A stretch of 64,000 nt of DNA from a virus (taxonomy: Duplodnaviria; Caudoviricetes), in IMG/VR virus record IMGVR_UViG_3300021060_000011, positions 61,104 to 125,103 of that record; one strand, given 5' to 3'. Position numbers and translations under genes: made by a program. The first letter of the stretch is position 1. The number at the start of each line of letters is the position of its first letter. Positions 27,481 to 37,022 of this stretch are shown piece by piece. The notes under the pieces were generated by a model that had not been told where the DNA came from, did not search any database, and saw only the letters and a list, made by a program, of their open reading frames with translations.

Positions 27481-28978
27481 CGGGCTTTGCCTTGGAGGGG
27501 GGCGGCATGGCCGCGTTCATCGGGAAGCGCCCGTCGCTGTCGAACCGCGTCCCCGCCTGGTCGGCGCGGGCGTTGTCCTCGGCGATTTCGGCTTCGATCA
27601 GCTCCGGGTCGTGCCCGAGCTTGCGTTGCTCCTCGGAGCGGGACGACAGGCCCGACCGGATCGCATCGCGTGCGGCCTCGATGTCCTCGCTCGGCTTGAT
27701 CATCTCGCGCCGGGGCGGGGTCCATTCGAGGGTGGCGCTGGTCGGCCCGTTGAGTGAGACCGTTGCGGCTTCGAGGAACCATCGGCCGATCCCGACACAG
27801 AGGTGCGGGATCAGCATGTGCCAGCGCCACATGTCGATGGAGCGCTGGAACTCCAGCCAGCCGAGGCGGCCGGAGGAGAAGTTGACCTGGCTGAGGTCGT
27901 TGCTGAGCAGCTCGGCCGGCACCCCGAACCCGACGGCGATCTTGCGGATCTGCGCCCGGGTGTATTCGGGATAGCCCTGGGTCACGGGCGGAGTGGCGAA
28001 CTTGACGTCCGAACCGCCCGTCAGCCGGGTGACGAGCCCCGGCTCGAGCATATCGACGGGGTTGCCGCTCTCGGTCGGCTTGATGCTGCCGTCAGCGTTG
28101 AAGGCGGGACCGGTCTCCGTCTTGTCCATCCAGAAGACCGCGAAGCACGCAGCGATCTTCTGGCGCATCAGCTCGGCGTCCTCGTAGTCGCCGAGGTCCC
28201 AGAGCGTCATCACGATGGGGGCGGCCCACGGAATACCGCGGGCCTGCCCGGGCCGATCCACCCGGTAGAGGTGGATCACATCCGACGCGGGCACCCGCTG
28301 CGAGGCGCCGAACCGGCGGTACGACACCCCATAGGGGTGTTCGGGGTAGAGCCAGTAGGCGACGCGGCGGCCGCGACGATCGAACTCGATGCCCTGGAAG
28401 CAGATGTTGCCGCCGCCGATCGGCCCGTGCTTGTTCGGGTCGAGGTAGTCCGGCTCCAGCACCCGCACCTGCAGGGGTACCTTCAGGCCGAGGCTGGCCT
28501 CGGGCAGGTACCGGACGACGAGGGCCTCGCCGCTCTCGACCACCGTCCGGATGGCGAGCGCCTGGATGCCGTAGAGGTTGTTCCGGCCTTCGAGGTCGAT
28601 ATCGGTGGTGTCGAGGTGCTCGCGGATGAGGCGTTGAAGCGCCTTCTTCTCCCGCGCCTTCGCGCCGATGACCGATGGCAGGATGCCGGTGCCCACGACG
28701 TTCGAGGCGATCCCGGACACGGCCCGGGTCGCATAGGGGTTGTTCCGGGCCAGATCGCGCGACACGTCGCGGAGGCGGCCGAACGAGTAGAGGACCTCGG
28801 CATTCGCGTCCGAGGTCGAGATCTGGCGGCCGGCGGTGCGGTGGGTGCGGGCGGCGCCGTCGTAGAGGGCGGTCGCCCGGCGGATGCCCTCGGTGCGGGC
28901 GCGCGCCTGGACCCGGGCCTGCTCGCGCCGCGGCGAGACCCATCCGATGGCGCGGTCGAGGAGGTTGGGTCCTGCCAT
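27455..28978 (-). CDS. Portal protein (lambda family)
   Basis: RDL.RNN.YA, GIEFD..GR..AYW, RPGQ.RG.PW, NFSSGR. Confidence 0.96.
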   Translation of the reverse strand: MAGPNLLDRAIGWVSPRREQARVQARARTEGIRRATALYDGAARTHRTAGRQISTSDANAEVLYSFGRLRDVSRDLARNNPYATRAVSGIASNVVGTGILPSVIGAKAREKKALQRLIREHLDTTDIDLEGRNNLYGIQALAIRTVVESGEALVVRYLPEASLGLKVPLQVRVLEPDYLDPNKHGPIGGGNICFQGIEFDRRGRRVAYWLYPEHPYGVSYRRFGASQRVPASDVIHLYRVDRPGQARGIPWAAPIVMTLWDLGDYEDAELMRQKIAACFAVFWMDKTETGPAFNADGSIKPTESGNPVDMLEPGLVTRLTGGSDVKFATPPVTQGYPEYTRAQIRKIAVGFGVPAELLSNDLSQVNFSSGRLGWLEFQRSIDMWRWHMLIPHLCVGIGRWFLEAATVSLNGPTSATLEWTPPRREMIKPSEDIEAARDAIRSGLSSRSEEQRKLGHDPELIEAEIAEDNARADQAGTRFDSDGRFPMNAAMPPPSKAKPDGQAQPPR

Positions 28979-28983
28979 CGGCG

Positions 28984-29187
28984 TCAGGACAGGTTGGAGC
29001 GGTAGCCCGCCACGTAGCGGTTGGGCTGCCCGCGGCCGGTGACCTCGGCCTGCATGCCGGCGAGGATCGACCGCATCTCGGCGAGGGTGCGGTAGGTGAC
29101 CTCGCGGTTGTCCGCGAAGCGCACCTTGGTCGCGCCCGTCGCAATCGCCGCCTTGAGGGCGGCGATGTCCTTGTCGGTGTAGGCCAT
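28984..29187 (-). CDS. Head-tail adaptor (gpW-like)
   Basis: L..AIA.G...V.F..R.V.YR...EM. Confidence 0.85.
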   Translation of the reverse strand: MAYTDKDIAALKAAIATGATKVRFADNREVTYRTLAEMRSILAGMQAEVTGRGQPNRYVAGYRSNLS

Positions 29188-29214
29188 GGGAAGCCTTTCG
29201 TGCTTCGGCGCCGG

Positions 29215-31311
29215 TCAGCGCCGCAGGAACCCCCGACGCTGACCCAGGAAGCCGCCCGACTGTGCGGGCGCTTCTGCGGGCGGGGGTGGGGCCGCTGGGG
29301 TCGGGCGCAGAGCCACGACCGGGGCGGGCTTGGGCGGTGGTGCCTCCGCCGCGAGGGCGGGGTTCTCAGCCTCAGGAACCGCGGCGGGTGCGGGGGGCGG
29401 TGGTTCGGCACCGCTCTCGACCCTGAGGCGCTCGACGCCGATCATCTTCGCGGCGCCGTAGGCCAGGCATTCGGCGTCGAGGTAGTGGTTGTGCCGGGAC
29501 CGGCGCAGCCACATCGACCCGCCGCTGGGTTTCCGCACGCGGGCCTCGGACACGATCTGGCGGCAGAAGTCCTCTGTCGCGTCGAGCGGCAGATGCCAGC
29601 CGCCGGGCTGATCCTGCGGCCACCGGATCCGGGAATGGACCCAGGACTTCAGGACGTCCGTGTCGAGCCGGACGAGGTCGAGCCCGTAGGACGGCTTGCC
29701 GCCGACCGGGGTGACGTCGATGCGGTTGACCGAGAGCGGCACCGACCGATGGTCGTAGCCCTTCGTCGGGTAGACGTGCCGGGCGTGCCGACGGCAGAAT
29801 TCATAGACCGTGTTCTCGTCGCCGGCGTCCTTCTTGCCGGGACGGAAGCCCGCGTCGATGAAGACCCGGCGGATCGGCAACCCGCCGATGCCGTTCTCGA
29901 TCAGCTCGGCCAGCTCCATCCACACATCGTCGAGACGCGTGTCGTGGTTGTCGCCGAACATCTCGCCGTGCTCGATGAGCCAGGACTCGTTCCGAGCGCC
30001 CCAGCCGCGCACCACGTAGACGAGCCGGTCCTTCTGGACGTCGACGCCGCAGGTCAGCAGCAGCACGCCGGCCGGGATCTCGCGGAAGTGGTAGGGCAGG
30101 CGGCGATCGCGCACCTCCTCCCACTCCGGCGCGTCGCCGCCGCTCGGCATCCACAGCTCGCCGAAAGCCGCGTTCACGACCGTCTGGACCTTCTCAGGGT
30201 CGCCGGTCTGGATCGCCTCGACGTAGCGGGCGGCGCGGTCGCCGAAGCTCTGGAACGGCGAGCACAGGCCCGATGCCCAGAGCGACCACGTATCACTCGC
30301 CGGCGGCTCGCCCGTGACGTTGTCGTTTTCGTCGACGTGCTGACCGGGGGCCACCTCGAGGCCGGTCTTGCAGATCGCCTCTTTCTCGTCCTCGGTGATG
30401 ATGCAGCCGTGGTTCGGGCAGACGAGGTGCGCCGTCTCCTTGGCCCGGGCCGGCGTGGTTTTCGCCTCCTCGCCCTTGTGCTCGTACTCCAGGCACGAGA
30501 GGCGCGGCACGAACCGTTCCTCACAGTGAGGGCAGCGCCAGGTCCAGTGGTATCGGGTGCCCGCCTGCCAGTATTTCCAGATGGTCGATTCGATGTCGTC
30601 GGCCGGCTGGACCTTCCAGAACTCCAGGCCCGAGACCTCGTCCTTCTCGGTTTCCTTCGGCCCGCGCGAGGTGGTCGAGACCATCGCGTGCACGAAGTCG
30701 GCGTGGGTGTCGCCGCGGGCGTCGATCAGGCCGATCGGATCGCCCTGCCCTTTCACGTTGGCCATCAGCTCGTCGGCCTCGTCGGTGAGGGCGAGCGAGG
30801 CCGGGTCCGATTTCAGGGCCGTGGACGAACCGGCGTGCGCGAGGCGCAGCGGGACGCCGGCGATCACCTTGCGGGTCTTCGTCATCCGCTTGCCGCGGGC
30901 GACCTTGGCCGCGAGGGTGGGCGCCTCGTCGAGCAGCGCCATGATGCGCGGCTCCCACTGCTCGGTGATGAACTGCTTGTTCGGTCCGACGTACAGGATC
31001 GGCGCTGGCTGCTGGTCGAGCCGCTGGCCGATCACGTCGAGGATCGTCTCGGACTTCCCGCTCTGGGCCGAGACCACGAAGACGCAGCGCTTGTGCCGGC
31101 GCCTCGCGATCGCTCGTCCGAAGGGCACCCCGTAGGGGGTCAGGTAGGGGTTGCGCTTGCCTGGATAGCCGGAGCTGGGCGGATAGACCCGGTTCTCGGC
31201 ACCCCAGACGTCAGGCATCGTCCTCTTCTGAGGGCGGATCAGCGTCGCGGTCCGCGCGTAGAGCCGCGCCGCATTCCGCGATGCGGTCGGCCACGGATTG
31301 GAGAGCGTCAT
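29215..31311 (-). CDS. Terminase large subunit (lambda gpA family)
   Basis: SAQSGKSE Walker A, DE.D Walker B, CPHC/CP..GC zinc site, GVDVQ.DR, N..LD nuclease residues. Confidence 0.96.
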   Translation of the reverse strand: MTLSNPWPTASRNAARLYARTATLIRPQKRTMPDVWGAENRVYPPSSGYPGKRNPYLTPYGVPFGRAIARRRHKRCVFVVSAQSGKSETILDVIGQRLDQQPAPILYVGPNKQFITEQWEPRIMALLDEAPTLAAKVARGKRMTKTRKVIAGVPLRLAHAGSSTALKSDPASLALTDEADELMANVKGQGDPIGLIDARGDTHADFVHAMVSTTSRGPKETEKDEVSGLEFWKVQPADDIESTIWKYWQAGTRYHWTWRCPHCEERFVPRLSCLEYEHKGEEAKTTPARAKETAHLVCPNHGCIITEDEKEAICKTGLEVAPGQHVDENDNVTGEPPASDTWSLWASGLCSPFQSFGDRAARYVEAIQTGDPEKVQTVVNAAFGELWMPSGGDAPEWEEVRDRRLPYHFREIPAGVLLLTCGVDVQKDRLVYVVRGWGARNESWLIEHGEMFGDNHDTRLDDVWMELAELIENGIGGLPIRRVFIDAGFRPGKKDAGDENTVYEFCRRHARHVYPTKGYDHRSVPLSVNRIDVTPVGGKPSYGLDLVRLDTDVLKSWVHSRIRWPQDQPGGWHLPLDATEDFCRQIVSEARVRKPSGGSMWLRRSRHNHYLDAECLAYGAAKMIGVERLRVESGAEPPPPAPAAVPEAENPALAAEAPPPKPAPVVALRPTPAAPPPPAEAPAQSGGFLGQRRGFLRR

Positions 31312-31699
31312 CGATCTGCACCTGCAGGCGTTCGCGCTCGTCGAGATCGCGGGTGAAGCGGGCCGGGACGTTGTTCACCTGTAGGGCGACCTCGCCCGCC
31401 ACCCGGTCCATCGCGTAGATCGCGTCGGTGAGGGGGACGAGCTCGCGCTCCTCGCGGGCGAGCTTCAGCTCCTCGCGTTTGGTCTTGATGTCCTTCAGCC
31501 GGTCGGCGCCCTTCAGGTCGCTCCGATCCTGCCGGGCCGTTTCGCTTTTGACCTTGTGCTCGATGTAGGCCTGCACGCATTCCGGCAGGAGCCATTCGCC
31601 ATGGCTCAACTTCCGGAAAACTCTCGCATTCGCAAGCTGTTGGACCCGCCGGGCGGAGACGCCGAGGATCTCCGCGAGGTCGGCTGTGGAGACCTCCAT
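31211..31699 (-). CDS. Terminase small subunit (Nu1-like)
   Basis: N-terminal wHTH LAEILGVS.RRVQQL plus coiled coil; overlaps TerL. Confidence 0.9.
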   Translation of the reverse strand: MEVSTADLAEILGVSARRVQQLANARVFRKLSHGEWLLPECVQAYIEHKVKSETARQDRSDLKGADRLKDIKTKREELKLAREERELVPLTDAIYAMDRVAGEVALQVNNVPARFTRDLDERERLQVQIDDALQSVADRIAECGAALRADRDADPPSEEDDA

Positions 31700-31756
31700 C
31701 GGGCAACCTCAAAGCGAAAGCGAAATCGAGAAATCGAAAACCCGAAATACGCGCAG

Positions 31757-31804
31757 AACCCGGGGTCTATTGCCCGCAGAGGGGGAGTGACCTGGGAAGG
31801 ACCC
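31757..31804 (-). other. cos packaging site (cosQ + cosN)
   Basis: Minus strand GGGTCCT (identical to lambda cosQ), 23 nt, then GGCAATAGACCC, which aligns to the lambda cohesive end GGGCGGCGACCT; upstream of terS. Confidence 0.75.
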
Positions 31805-31907
31805 GTGAGGCCCCCCCTGCCCTCCCGCGCTGCGCGCTAGGATTCCGCAGGCCTGCGGCGAGTGCCCGGCGTGCCCCTGCCCTGCCATGGGGCCGGTGCG
31901 GCGGCGC

Positions 31908-32489
31908 TCAACCGATGATGCGGGACAGCTCGTGTTCCAGGCGCCCGGGCAGCTCCGCCGCCACCGTGCTGTTGAAGGCTGCGGCCGTGGCTCCCGTCAC
32001 CATCTCCTCGGGGATGAAGACCCCCGACTTGACCTTCTGGAAGCGGTCCATGCCGCTGTTCGTGCGCGACCCTGTGCGCTCGAAGACGTGCCCGTTCCAG
32101 TTGCCCTTGGTCACCCGCTTGGGCCACCAGCCCGCCTTCATGAAGGTGTGCGGGTAGATGCTGCGAGCGTTCCGGGGCGCGGCGCTGACGCCGGTGCGGG
32201 TCTCGCGCGCGCCGAAGTATTTCAGGGCGATGTCGCCGCCGGCGGATCGGATCGTGTAGGTGAGCCCACCTCCACCAGCCTTGTGGACCCGCAAAGCCTT
32301 CACGATGGTGCGCCGCTTCAGGCCCGTCTGGACCGTCAGCGCCCGGGTCATCTGGGTCTTGGCCTTGTCGCCCGTATGGTTGATGGCGCGGGCCAGAGCG
32401 AGGGGCGCACGGGCGCCGGCCGCGCCGATCTGATTGCCGAGGCGGGCGATACTAGCCGCGTCGAGGGTGACGTGAAGGCCGCCGCTCAT
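31908..32489 (-). CDS. Minor tail protein Z-like
   Basis: A.ARAIN.T, VF.R.G..R; lambda gpZ-like, here upstream of the terminase. Confidence 0.7.
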   Translation of the reverse strand: MSGGLHVTLDAASIARLGNQIGAAGARAPLALARAINHTGDKAKTQMTRALTVQTGLKRRTIVKALRVHKAGGGGLTYTIRSAGGDIALKYFGARETRTGVSAAPRNARSIYPHTFMKAGWWPKRVTKGNWNGHVFERTGSRTNSGMDRFQKVKSGVFIPEEMVTGATAAAFNSTVAAELPGRLEHELSRIIG

Positions 32490-32658
32490 CGCCGATGATC
32501 CTGCGGGTGAAGGTGCGGGCCAGGGCCGCCGCGTCGCCGCGGAGGGTGCGCTGGACGGAGGACGCTGCCGGGGCGAGGCGGGAGAGGTCGCCCTCGACCG
32601 CCGATCGGACGGCGCCGGCGATCACCCCGCGCCGCTCGGCGCAGCCGGCGCAGCTCAT
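32452..32658 (-). CDS. Small hypothetical protein (MSC.GC..RR)
   Basis: Coupled small ORF. Confidence 0.55.
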   Translation of the reverse strand: MSCAGCAERRGVIAGAVRSAVEGDLSRLAPAASSVQRTLRGDAAALARTFTRRIIGDERRPSRHPRRG

Positions 32659-33062
32659 CCGTGGAACTCGGCGCCCTTCTGGATGGTGAGCATGCTCGGC
32701 GTCAGCGCCACTGCGCCAAGGCCGGGCACCGCATCACCGGCGGCCGCGCGCTCGGCCACGTCGCGATAGGAGATGCCGCTGAGGTCGCGCAGCGCCATTG
32801 CTCTGTCCACGTTCACGGTCACCTCGATGCGCACCGGTGACAATCGCGGCTGATCGGCGGACTGCCGCACCGGACGCGTCAGGAGCACAATGATCCAGGC
32901 AGCGAAGAGGATGACGACGGGCGCCCCGAACACGGCGCGGACCGGGGCCTGATCACCCCAGATTGGGCGGAGGGCATCGGCGAGCAAATGCGCCAGCGCG
33001 ATGGAGGCGAGGCCTCCGAACACGAGGGCGGCGAGGACGCGAACGACGTGCATGAGGATCAC
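32655..33062 (-). CDS. Hypothetical membrane protein
   Basis: Two TM helices. Confidence 0.5.
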   Translation of the reverse strand: MILMHVVRVLAALVFGGLASIALAHLLADALRPIWGDQAPVRAVFGAPVVILFAAWIIVLLTRPVRQSADQPRLSPVRIEVTVNVDRAMALRDLSGISYRDVAERAAAGDAVPGLGAVALTPSMLTIQKGAEFHG

Positions 33063-33126
33063 CGGCTGCCGGGGAAGGGGTCGCGCGCGAAGGCGCGGAT
33101 GAAGCGGTAGAGCCAGGGCCGCAGCA

Positions 33127-33315
33127 TCAGGCGGCGGCCATCAGCTGCGGCGCGGGCCTGGAGAGCTGCCAACCCTCGGCGAGGGCGAGCGAAACGTAGT
33201 CGCCCCAGGACATGAAGCCCGCGTCGCAGAGGGCGCGGGCAACGTCCTGGCCTGCCTGGGCGGCGGGCACGGGTTCGGACGCCGCGGCGGCGGCGGTGGG
33301 CTCGGCCATCGGCAT
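33127..33315 (-). CDS. Small hypothetical protein
   Basis: GGAG RBS; ends LMAAA. Confidence 0.5.
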   Translation of the reverse strand: MPMAEPTAAAAASEPVPAAQAGQDVARALCDAGFMSWGDYVSLALAEGWQLSRPAPQLMAAA

Positions 33316-33406
33316 CGGGGGTCTCCAGAGTTATGCCCGCCGCGAGGGTCGGGTGAACGCACCGCGCCAGACCTGCGCGGCATGGTCGGTGGTTCGCCCG
33401 TCTCGT

Positions 33407-34243
33407 TCAGGCCGCGAGCGCGTCGGGCTCGCGGATGAGGACCGCCACCCGGCCGGTCGCCGCCTCCCAGCGTCGCACCGTGGTGTCGACGTAGGTCGGG
33501 TCGAGCTCGATGGCGTGGCAGATGCGGCCCAGGTCCTCGGCCGCCATGAGGGTCGTCCCCGATCCGAGGAACGGGTCATAGACCCGGTCGCCCGGCACCG
33601 TGTGGTTCAGGATCGGCCGCCGCATCGCCTCGATGGGCTTCTGCGTGCCGTGTCCGGTCTCGGACCGGCGATGCGGGATCAGCCAGACCGTGGTCTGCTT
33701 CCGGTCGCCCGCCCAACTGGCTGTGCGGCCCTTCCGGACCGCGTACCAGCATGGCTCGTGCCGCCAATGGTAGTGGCCCCGGCTAATAACCAGCCGACCC
33801 TTGTCCCAGATGATCTGTGACCGAGGCAGGAAGCCCGCGATGCGCAGGCTCGTCTCAACCACGCTCGCGTGGAGGGCCGAGTGCCAGACGTAGGCGACGT
33901 CGCCGGGGAAGAGGGCCCAGGCCGCGCGCCAATCGGCGCAGTCGTCGTTGGCAACGACTCCGAGTGCACGGTTGCTGCCGTTGGGCAACACCTTGGCCCG
34001 CCAGCCAGGATCGTAGCTCACCCCGTAGGGCGGGTCGGTCACCATGAGGTGCGGGATGGTGCCGTTCAGCGCAGTGGCGACGTCGCCCGGGTCGGTCGCG
34101 TCACCGCAGACGAGGCGGTGGGCGCCGAGGAGCCAGACATCCCCGCGCCGGGCAATCGCCGGCGCGGGGAGCGGGTCCGCACCGGGAGCTGGTGCGGTCG
34201 AAAGTGGCCGGTTTTTCACGGCCTCAGAATGGTGTTTGGGCAT
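33407..34243 (-). CDS. N6-adenine/N4-cytosine DNA methyltransferase (beta class)
   Basis: GD.W.LG.HRL.CGD, TDPPY, H.TQKP, DPFLGSGTT, ELDP.Y. Confidence 0.92.
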   Translation of the reverse strand: MPKHHSEAVKNRPLSTAPAPGADPLPAPAIARRGDVWLLGAHRLVCGDATDPGDVATALNGTIPHLMVTDPPYGVSYDPGWRAKVLPNGSNRALGVVANDDCADWRAAWALFPGDVAYVWHSALHASVVETSLRIAGFLPRSQIIWDKGRLVISRGHYHWRHEPCWYAVRKGRTASWAGDRKQTTVWLIPHRRSETGHGTQKPIEAMRRPILNHTVPGDRVYDPFLGSGTTLMAAEDLGRICHAIELDPTYVDTTVRRWEAATGRVAVLIREPDALAA

Positions 34244-34431
34244 AACCTGATGCAGGGTGCACCCGCCTCGTACGAGGTGGCGGGGTGACCGGAAGTCCGG
34301 CCGGCAACGGTCATGCGTGGTCCCATCCACGCGGTTCGGGGTGTTGCGACCACCCCGGCTCCCGCCTCTTTTCAGAGCCGGGACAGCCTACTGGAGCCCC
34401 CGCTGTTTTGCGAGGGGGCAATCCGCTGATG

Positions 34432-34839
34432 CTACTCGACGAGGTCCTCGGCGATTGCCGTGCGGGCCTCGACTGTCTCGGCGAGGCGATGGATGTGCAG
34501 TTCGTTCGCCCCTTCGGCAGCCGCGCGGTCCAGCGCGCGCCACACCGAGAGGCCGTCATCCATCGAGGCCACCGCAAGAAGCGAAGACAGGCCCGATGTC
34601 TCGCGGCGCACGGCCAAAAGCACCGTGTCACGGTCGAGAACGAGATCCGGCATCCTGAACGGGACGACCGAGACCACGTGGCCGCGACCGGACTTGCCGA
34701 CCCAGGAGCTGAGCGTGAACTTGCCCCGGAGGTTCGGATCCCACTGGAGACGTTTTTCCCGGATCGTCGGAAGGTTCTCCAGCCGCGGCGTCGCCAGTCG
34801 CTTGAGCGCGAGGTCCCAGGCGAGTTGTCTTCCAGCCAT
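34432..34839 (-). CDS. Hypothetical protein
   Basis: Coupled ORF; W.GKSGR motif. Confidence 0.55.
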   Translation of the reverse strand: MAGRQLAWDLALKRLATPRLENLPTIREKRLQWDPNLRGKFTLSSWVGKSGRGHVVSVVPFRMPDLVLDRDTVLLAVRRETSGLSSLLAVASMDDGLSVWRALDRAAAEGANELHIHRLAETVEARTAIAEDLVE

Positions 34840-35051
34840 CAGGACACCTTCCGGCGTTCGCAGCCGACCTTGTGGTAGAAGCCCGCCGGCGGCGGACCGA
34901 AGGACTGTGCGGCGATGGTCTCGCCGACCTTCATGCACTCGGAGGCCGTCTTCACCGGCTGGGTGACCACGTCCGCCGCGTTGAACGGGGTGCAGTCCGG
35001 GCCGGCGATGGTTGCGGCGCAGACGAGGACGATCGCGAGGAAGCCGGGCAT
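34839..35051 (-). CDS. Small secreted Cys-containing protein
   Basis: Hydrophobic start and 4 Cys. Confidence 0.55.
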   Translation of the reverse strand: MPGFLAIVLVCAATIAGPDCTPFNAADVVTQPVKTASECMKVGETIAAQSFGPPPAGFYHKVGCERRKVS

Positions 35052-35052
35052 G

Positions 35053-35388
35053 TCAGGCGCTCCGCTGGCCGACGATGCGAGCGCAGCGCGTCCGGATCGC
35101 CCAGGTGCCGGGCGGTAGGCCCGCCGGCGGCCCCACCTCGCCGGCGAAGCGCTCGATGAGCGCCGCGCGAGACTGGCAGGCGTATTCGCCGTCCCAGCGC
35201 CGTGCCGAGACCGGCAGGAGCCGACAAGCGTCGGCTTGGCAGGCCCGCACCTCGATGCGGTAGCCGATCACCACCAGGTCGTCGGCCTTGGCCGGGCGCC
35301 CTGCGAGGAGCCCCGCAAAGAAGCCGACGGCGACGGCGATGGGGATGAGCGGGCTCGGCCCGCGCGGAGGAGACTGCGTGGCGGGCAT
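35053..35388 (-). CDS. Hypothetical secreted Cys-containing protein
   Basis: Signal-like segment and 4 Cys. Confidence 0.5.
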   Translation of the reverse strand: MPATQSPPRGPSPLIPIAVAVGFFAGLLAGRPAKADDLVVIGYRIEVRACQADACRLLPVSARRWDGEYACQSRAALIERFAGEVGPPAGLPPGTWAIRTRCARIVGQRSA

Positions 35389-35877
35389 CGAAGCACCAGG
35401 CTGGAGGGCAGGCTTACGGGCGGCGGGTCAGCGCCGCTGACCGCGGGTCCGGGTGCGGCCGGCCTCGAAGCCGGCGGCGTAGCTCGCGAGACAGATGGCC
35501 GCCGCGAGACGGACGGTGCGCGGAAGGCCGCGCTCTTTGCGCCAGCGGCCGAGAGCGAAGGATTTGCTGCACATGGTCAGTTCACCGGGCGCCAGGTTGG
35601 CCGCCGGCGAGCTTCGAGCTCGGGCCGGATCGGCAGGATTGCGATGATGGGCGGGCGCTTCGGCCCGGGCGGGGGCGGAGGCGCCGGGGGCGCGGCGAGC
35701 GAGACCGCCGCGGCGATGAGGGCGAGCATCAGAAAGCTGCCATGAACGCTAGGGCGAACCACCAGGCGCTCCGGTCGAGGCCGAAGACGACGAAGGCGCA
35801 GCCGCCGATGACGAAGAAGGGCCACAGGGCCCGCGTGAGTACGGCCGCCTGCAGCAGCGGGGGTACGCCCTTGCCCA

Positions 35878-36129
35878 TCAGCGGCGCCCCATGCTGGCAG
35901 TCCGAGGACCGGCCCCGCCGTCGACGGTCGAGCCGCGCTTGCAGAGCGTCGCGGCGGCGGCCGTGAGCCGGGCCCGCGTCTCGCGCCGCTCGCGGATGGT
36001 CTTTCCGGCGCCGATGCCGATGACCGGACGCTCGGCGATGAAGTCCGCGATCTCGGCGCTGTGGTGGTCGTGGTCGATGATCTCGCGGCCCAGCGGCCCG
36101 AGCGCATCGTACTGGGCCTGGGTGATCAT
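35878..36129 (-). CDS. Hypothetical protein
   Basis: Coupled small ORF in a minus-strand string. Confidence 0.5.
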   Translation of the reverse strand: MITQAQYDALGPLGREIIDHDHHSAEIADFIAERPVIGIGAGKTIRERRETRARLTAAAATLCKRGSTVDGGAGPRTASMGRR

Positions 36130-36301
36130 CAGTGCATCCGTGCTCGGCGGGCCGCGCGGGCGCGATCGCGCCGGCGCTCCTCGTCTTCGATCTTGGCGAG
36201 CGCCGCCTCGGAGGGGGCGCGGTCGGCGAGACCCTCGACTTCCTCGGAGGTGAGGATCAGGTCCGGGTCGGGGGCGTCGGCAGCGACGCGCTCGGCGGTG
36301 C

Positions 36302-36655
36302 TCAAAGGCTGAAGGCCGCGCGAAGGGCGCGCCGCACCTCGGGGACGGCCGCCTCGGCCGCCGCCTGGGTCGGGTGGCGCTCCTGCGGCACCAGCGTCCC
36401 GCGGACGTTCGTGACGATCGCCCAGGGTTGCTGACCGGGCTCCGGCCGGAACTGGACGCCGATCATGCCGCCCAAGGGGGCGGGAGCCTTCGGCTCGGCG
36501 CACGAGACCAGCTCGGGCAAAGAGCTGGCGGCTGGGCCGGCGCCTTCGAAGCGCGGCACGCGCGCCTCGGGCGGCTTGCGCAGCGGGCAGTCGGGCCGGC
36601 TGCACTGGGCTTCGCGCGAGACCGGCAGCGCGCAGTGCCCACAGGTCGCGCCCAT
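36302..36655 (-). CDS. Hypothetical protein with CxxC...C...C
   Basis: TGATG coupling to the upstream ORF. Confidence 0.5.
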   Translation of the reverse strand: MGATCGHCALPVSREAQCSRPDCPLRKPPEARVPRFEGAGPAASSLPELVSCAEPKAPAPLGGMIGVQFRPEPGQQPWAIVTNVRGTLVPQERHPTQAAAEAAVPEVRRALRAAFSL

Positions 36656-36876
36656 CAGCGCATGCCCTTCGCGCCGACGAGGGAGCGGCGGGTCGCGCTC
36701 TCCATGTTGAGGCGGCGCAGGCCAAGGGCGCGGCGCCAGTCCTGCATCGTCAGTCCGTAGTGCTTCAGGGTCTTGCTAAGCATGTCCGGAGGTGCGTTGC
36801 GGGGCATGCAACGTGCGAGCGCGATGTCCTCTTCGCGCGTGCGGATGCGATCGAAGGCGGCCTGTTGTGCAGTCAT
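36655..36876 (-). CDS. Hypothetical protein
   Basis: GAGG RBS; 73 aa. Confidence 0.5.
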   Translation of the reverse strand: MTAQQAAFDRIRTREEDIALARCMPRNAPPDMLSKTLKHYGLTMQDWRRALGLRRLNMESATRRSLVGAKGMR

Positions 36877-37022
36877 GGAGGGCCTCGGGTCGGGCGTGAG
36901 GCGTCGCGCGCATGCGGACGCGGACCGAGACGCGGGATGCGCTCAGCCTGAGCCGCAGCCGGGAAGGCTGCGGAATCCTGTGATGCTGTGGTCAGGCGAT
37001 CCCGTGAGGCGGGATCAGGCCG

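Noticed and set aside
28675-31356. Long plus-strand ORFs opposite structural genes (893 aa here; also 15388..16905, 26203..27699)
   Set aside because: Shadow frames from high-GC codon bias; Arg/Gly/Pro-rich with no motifs
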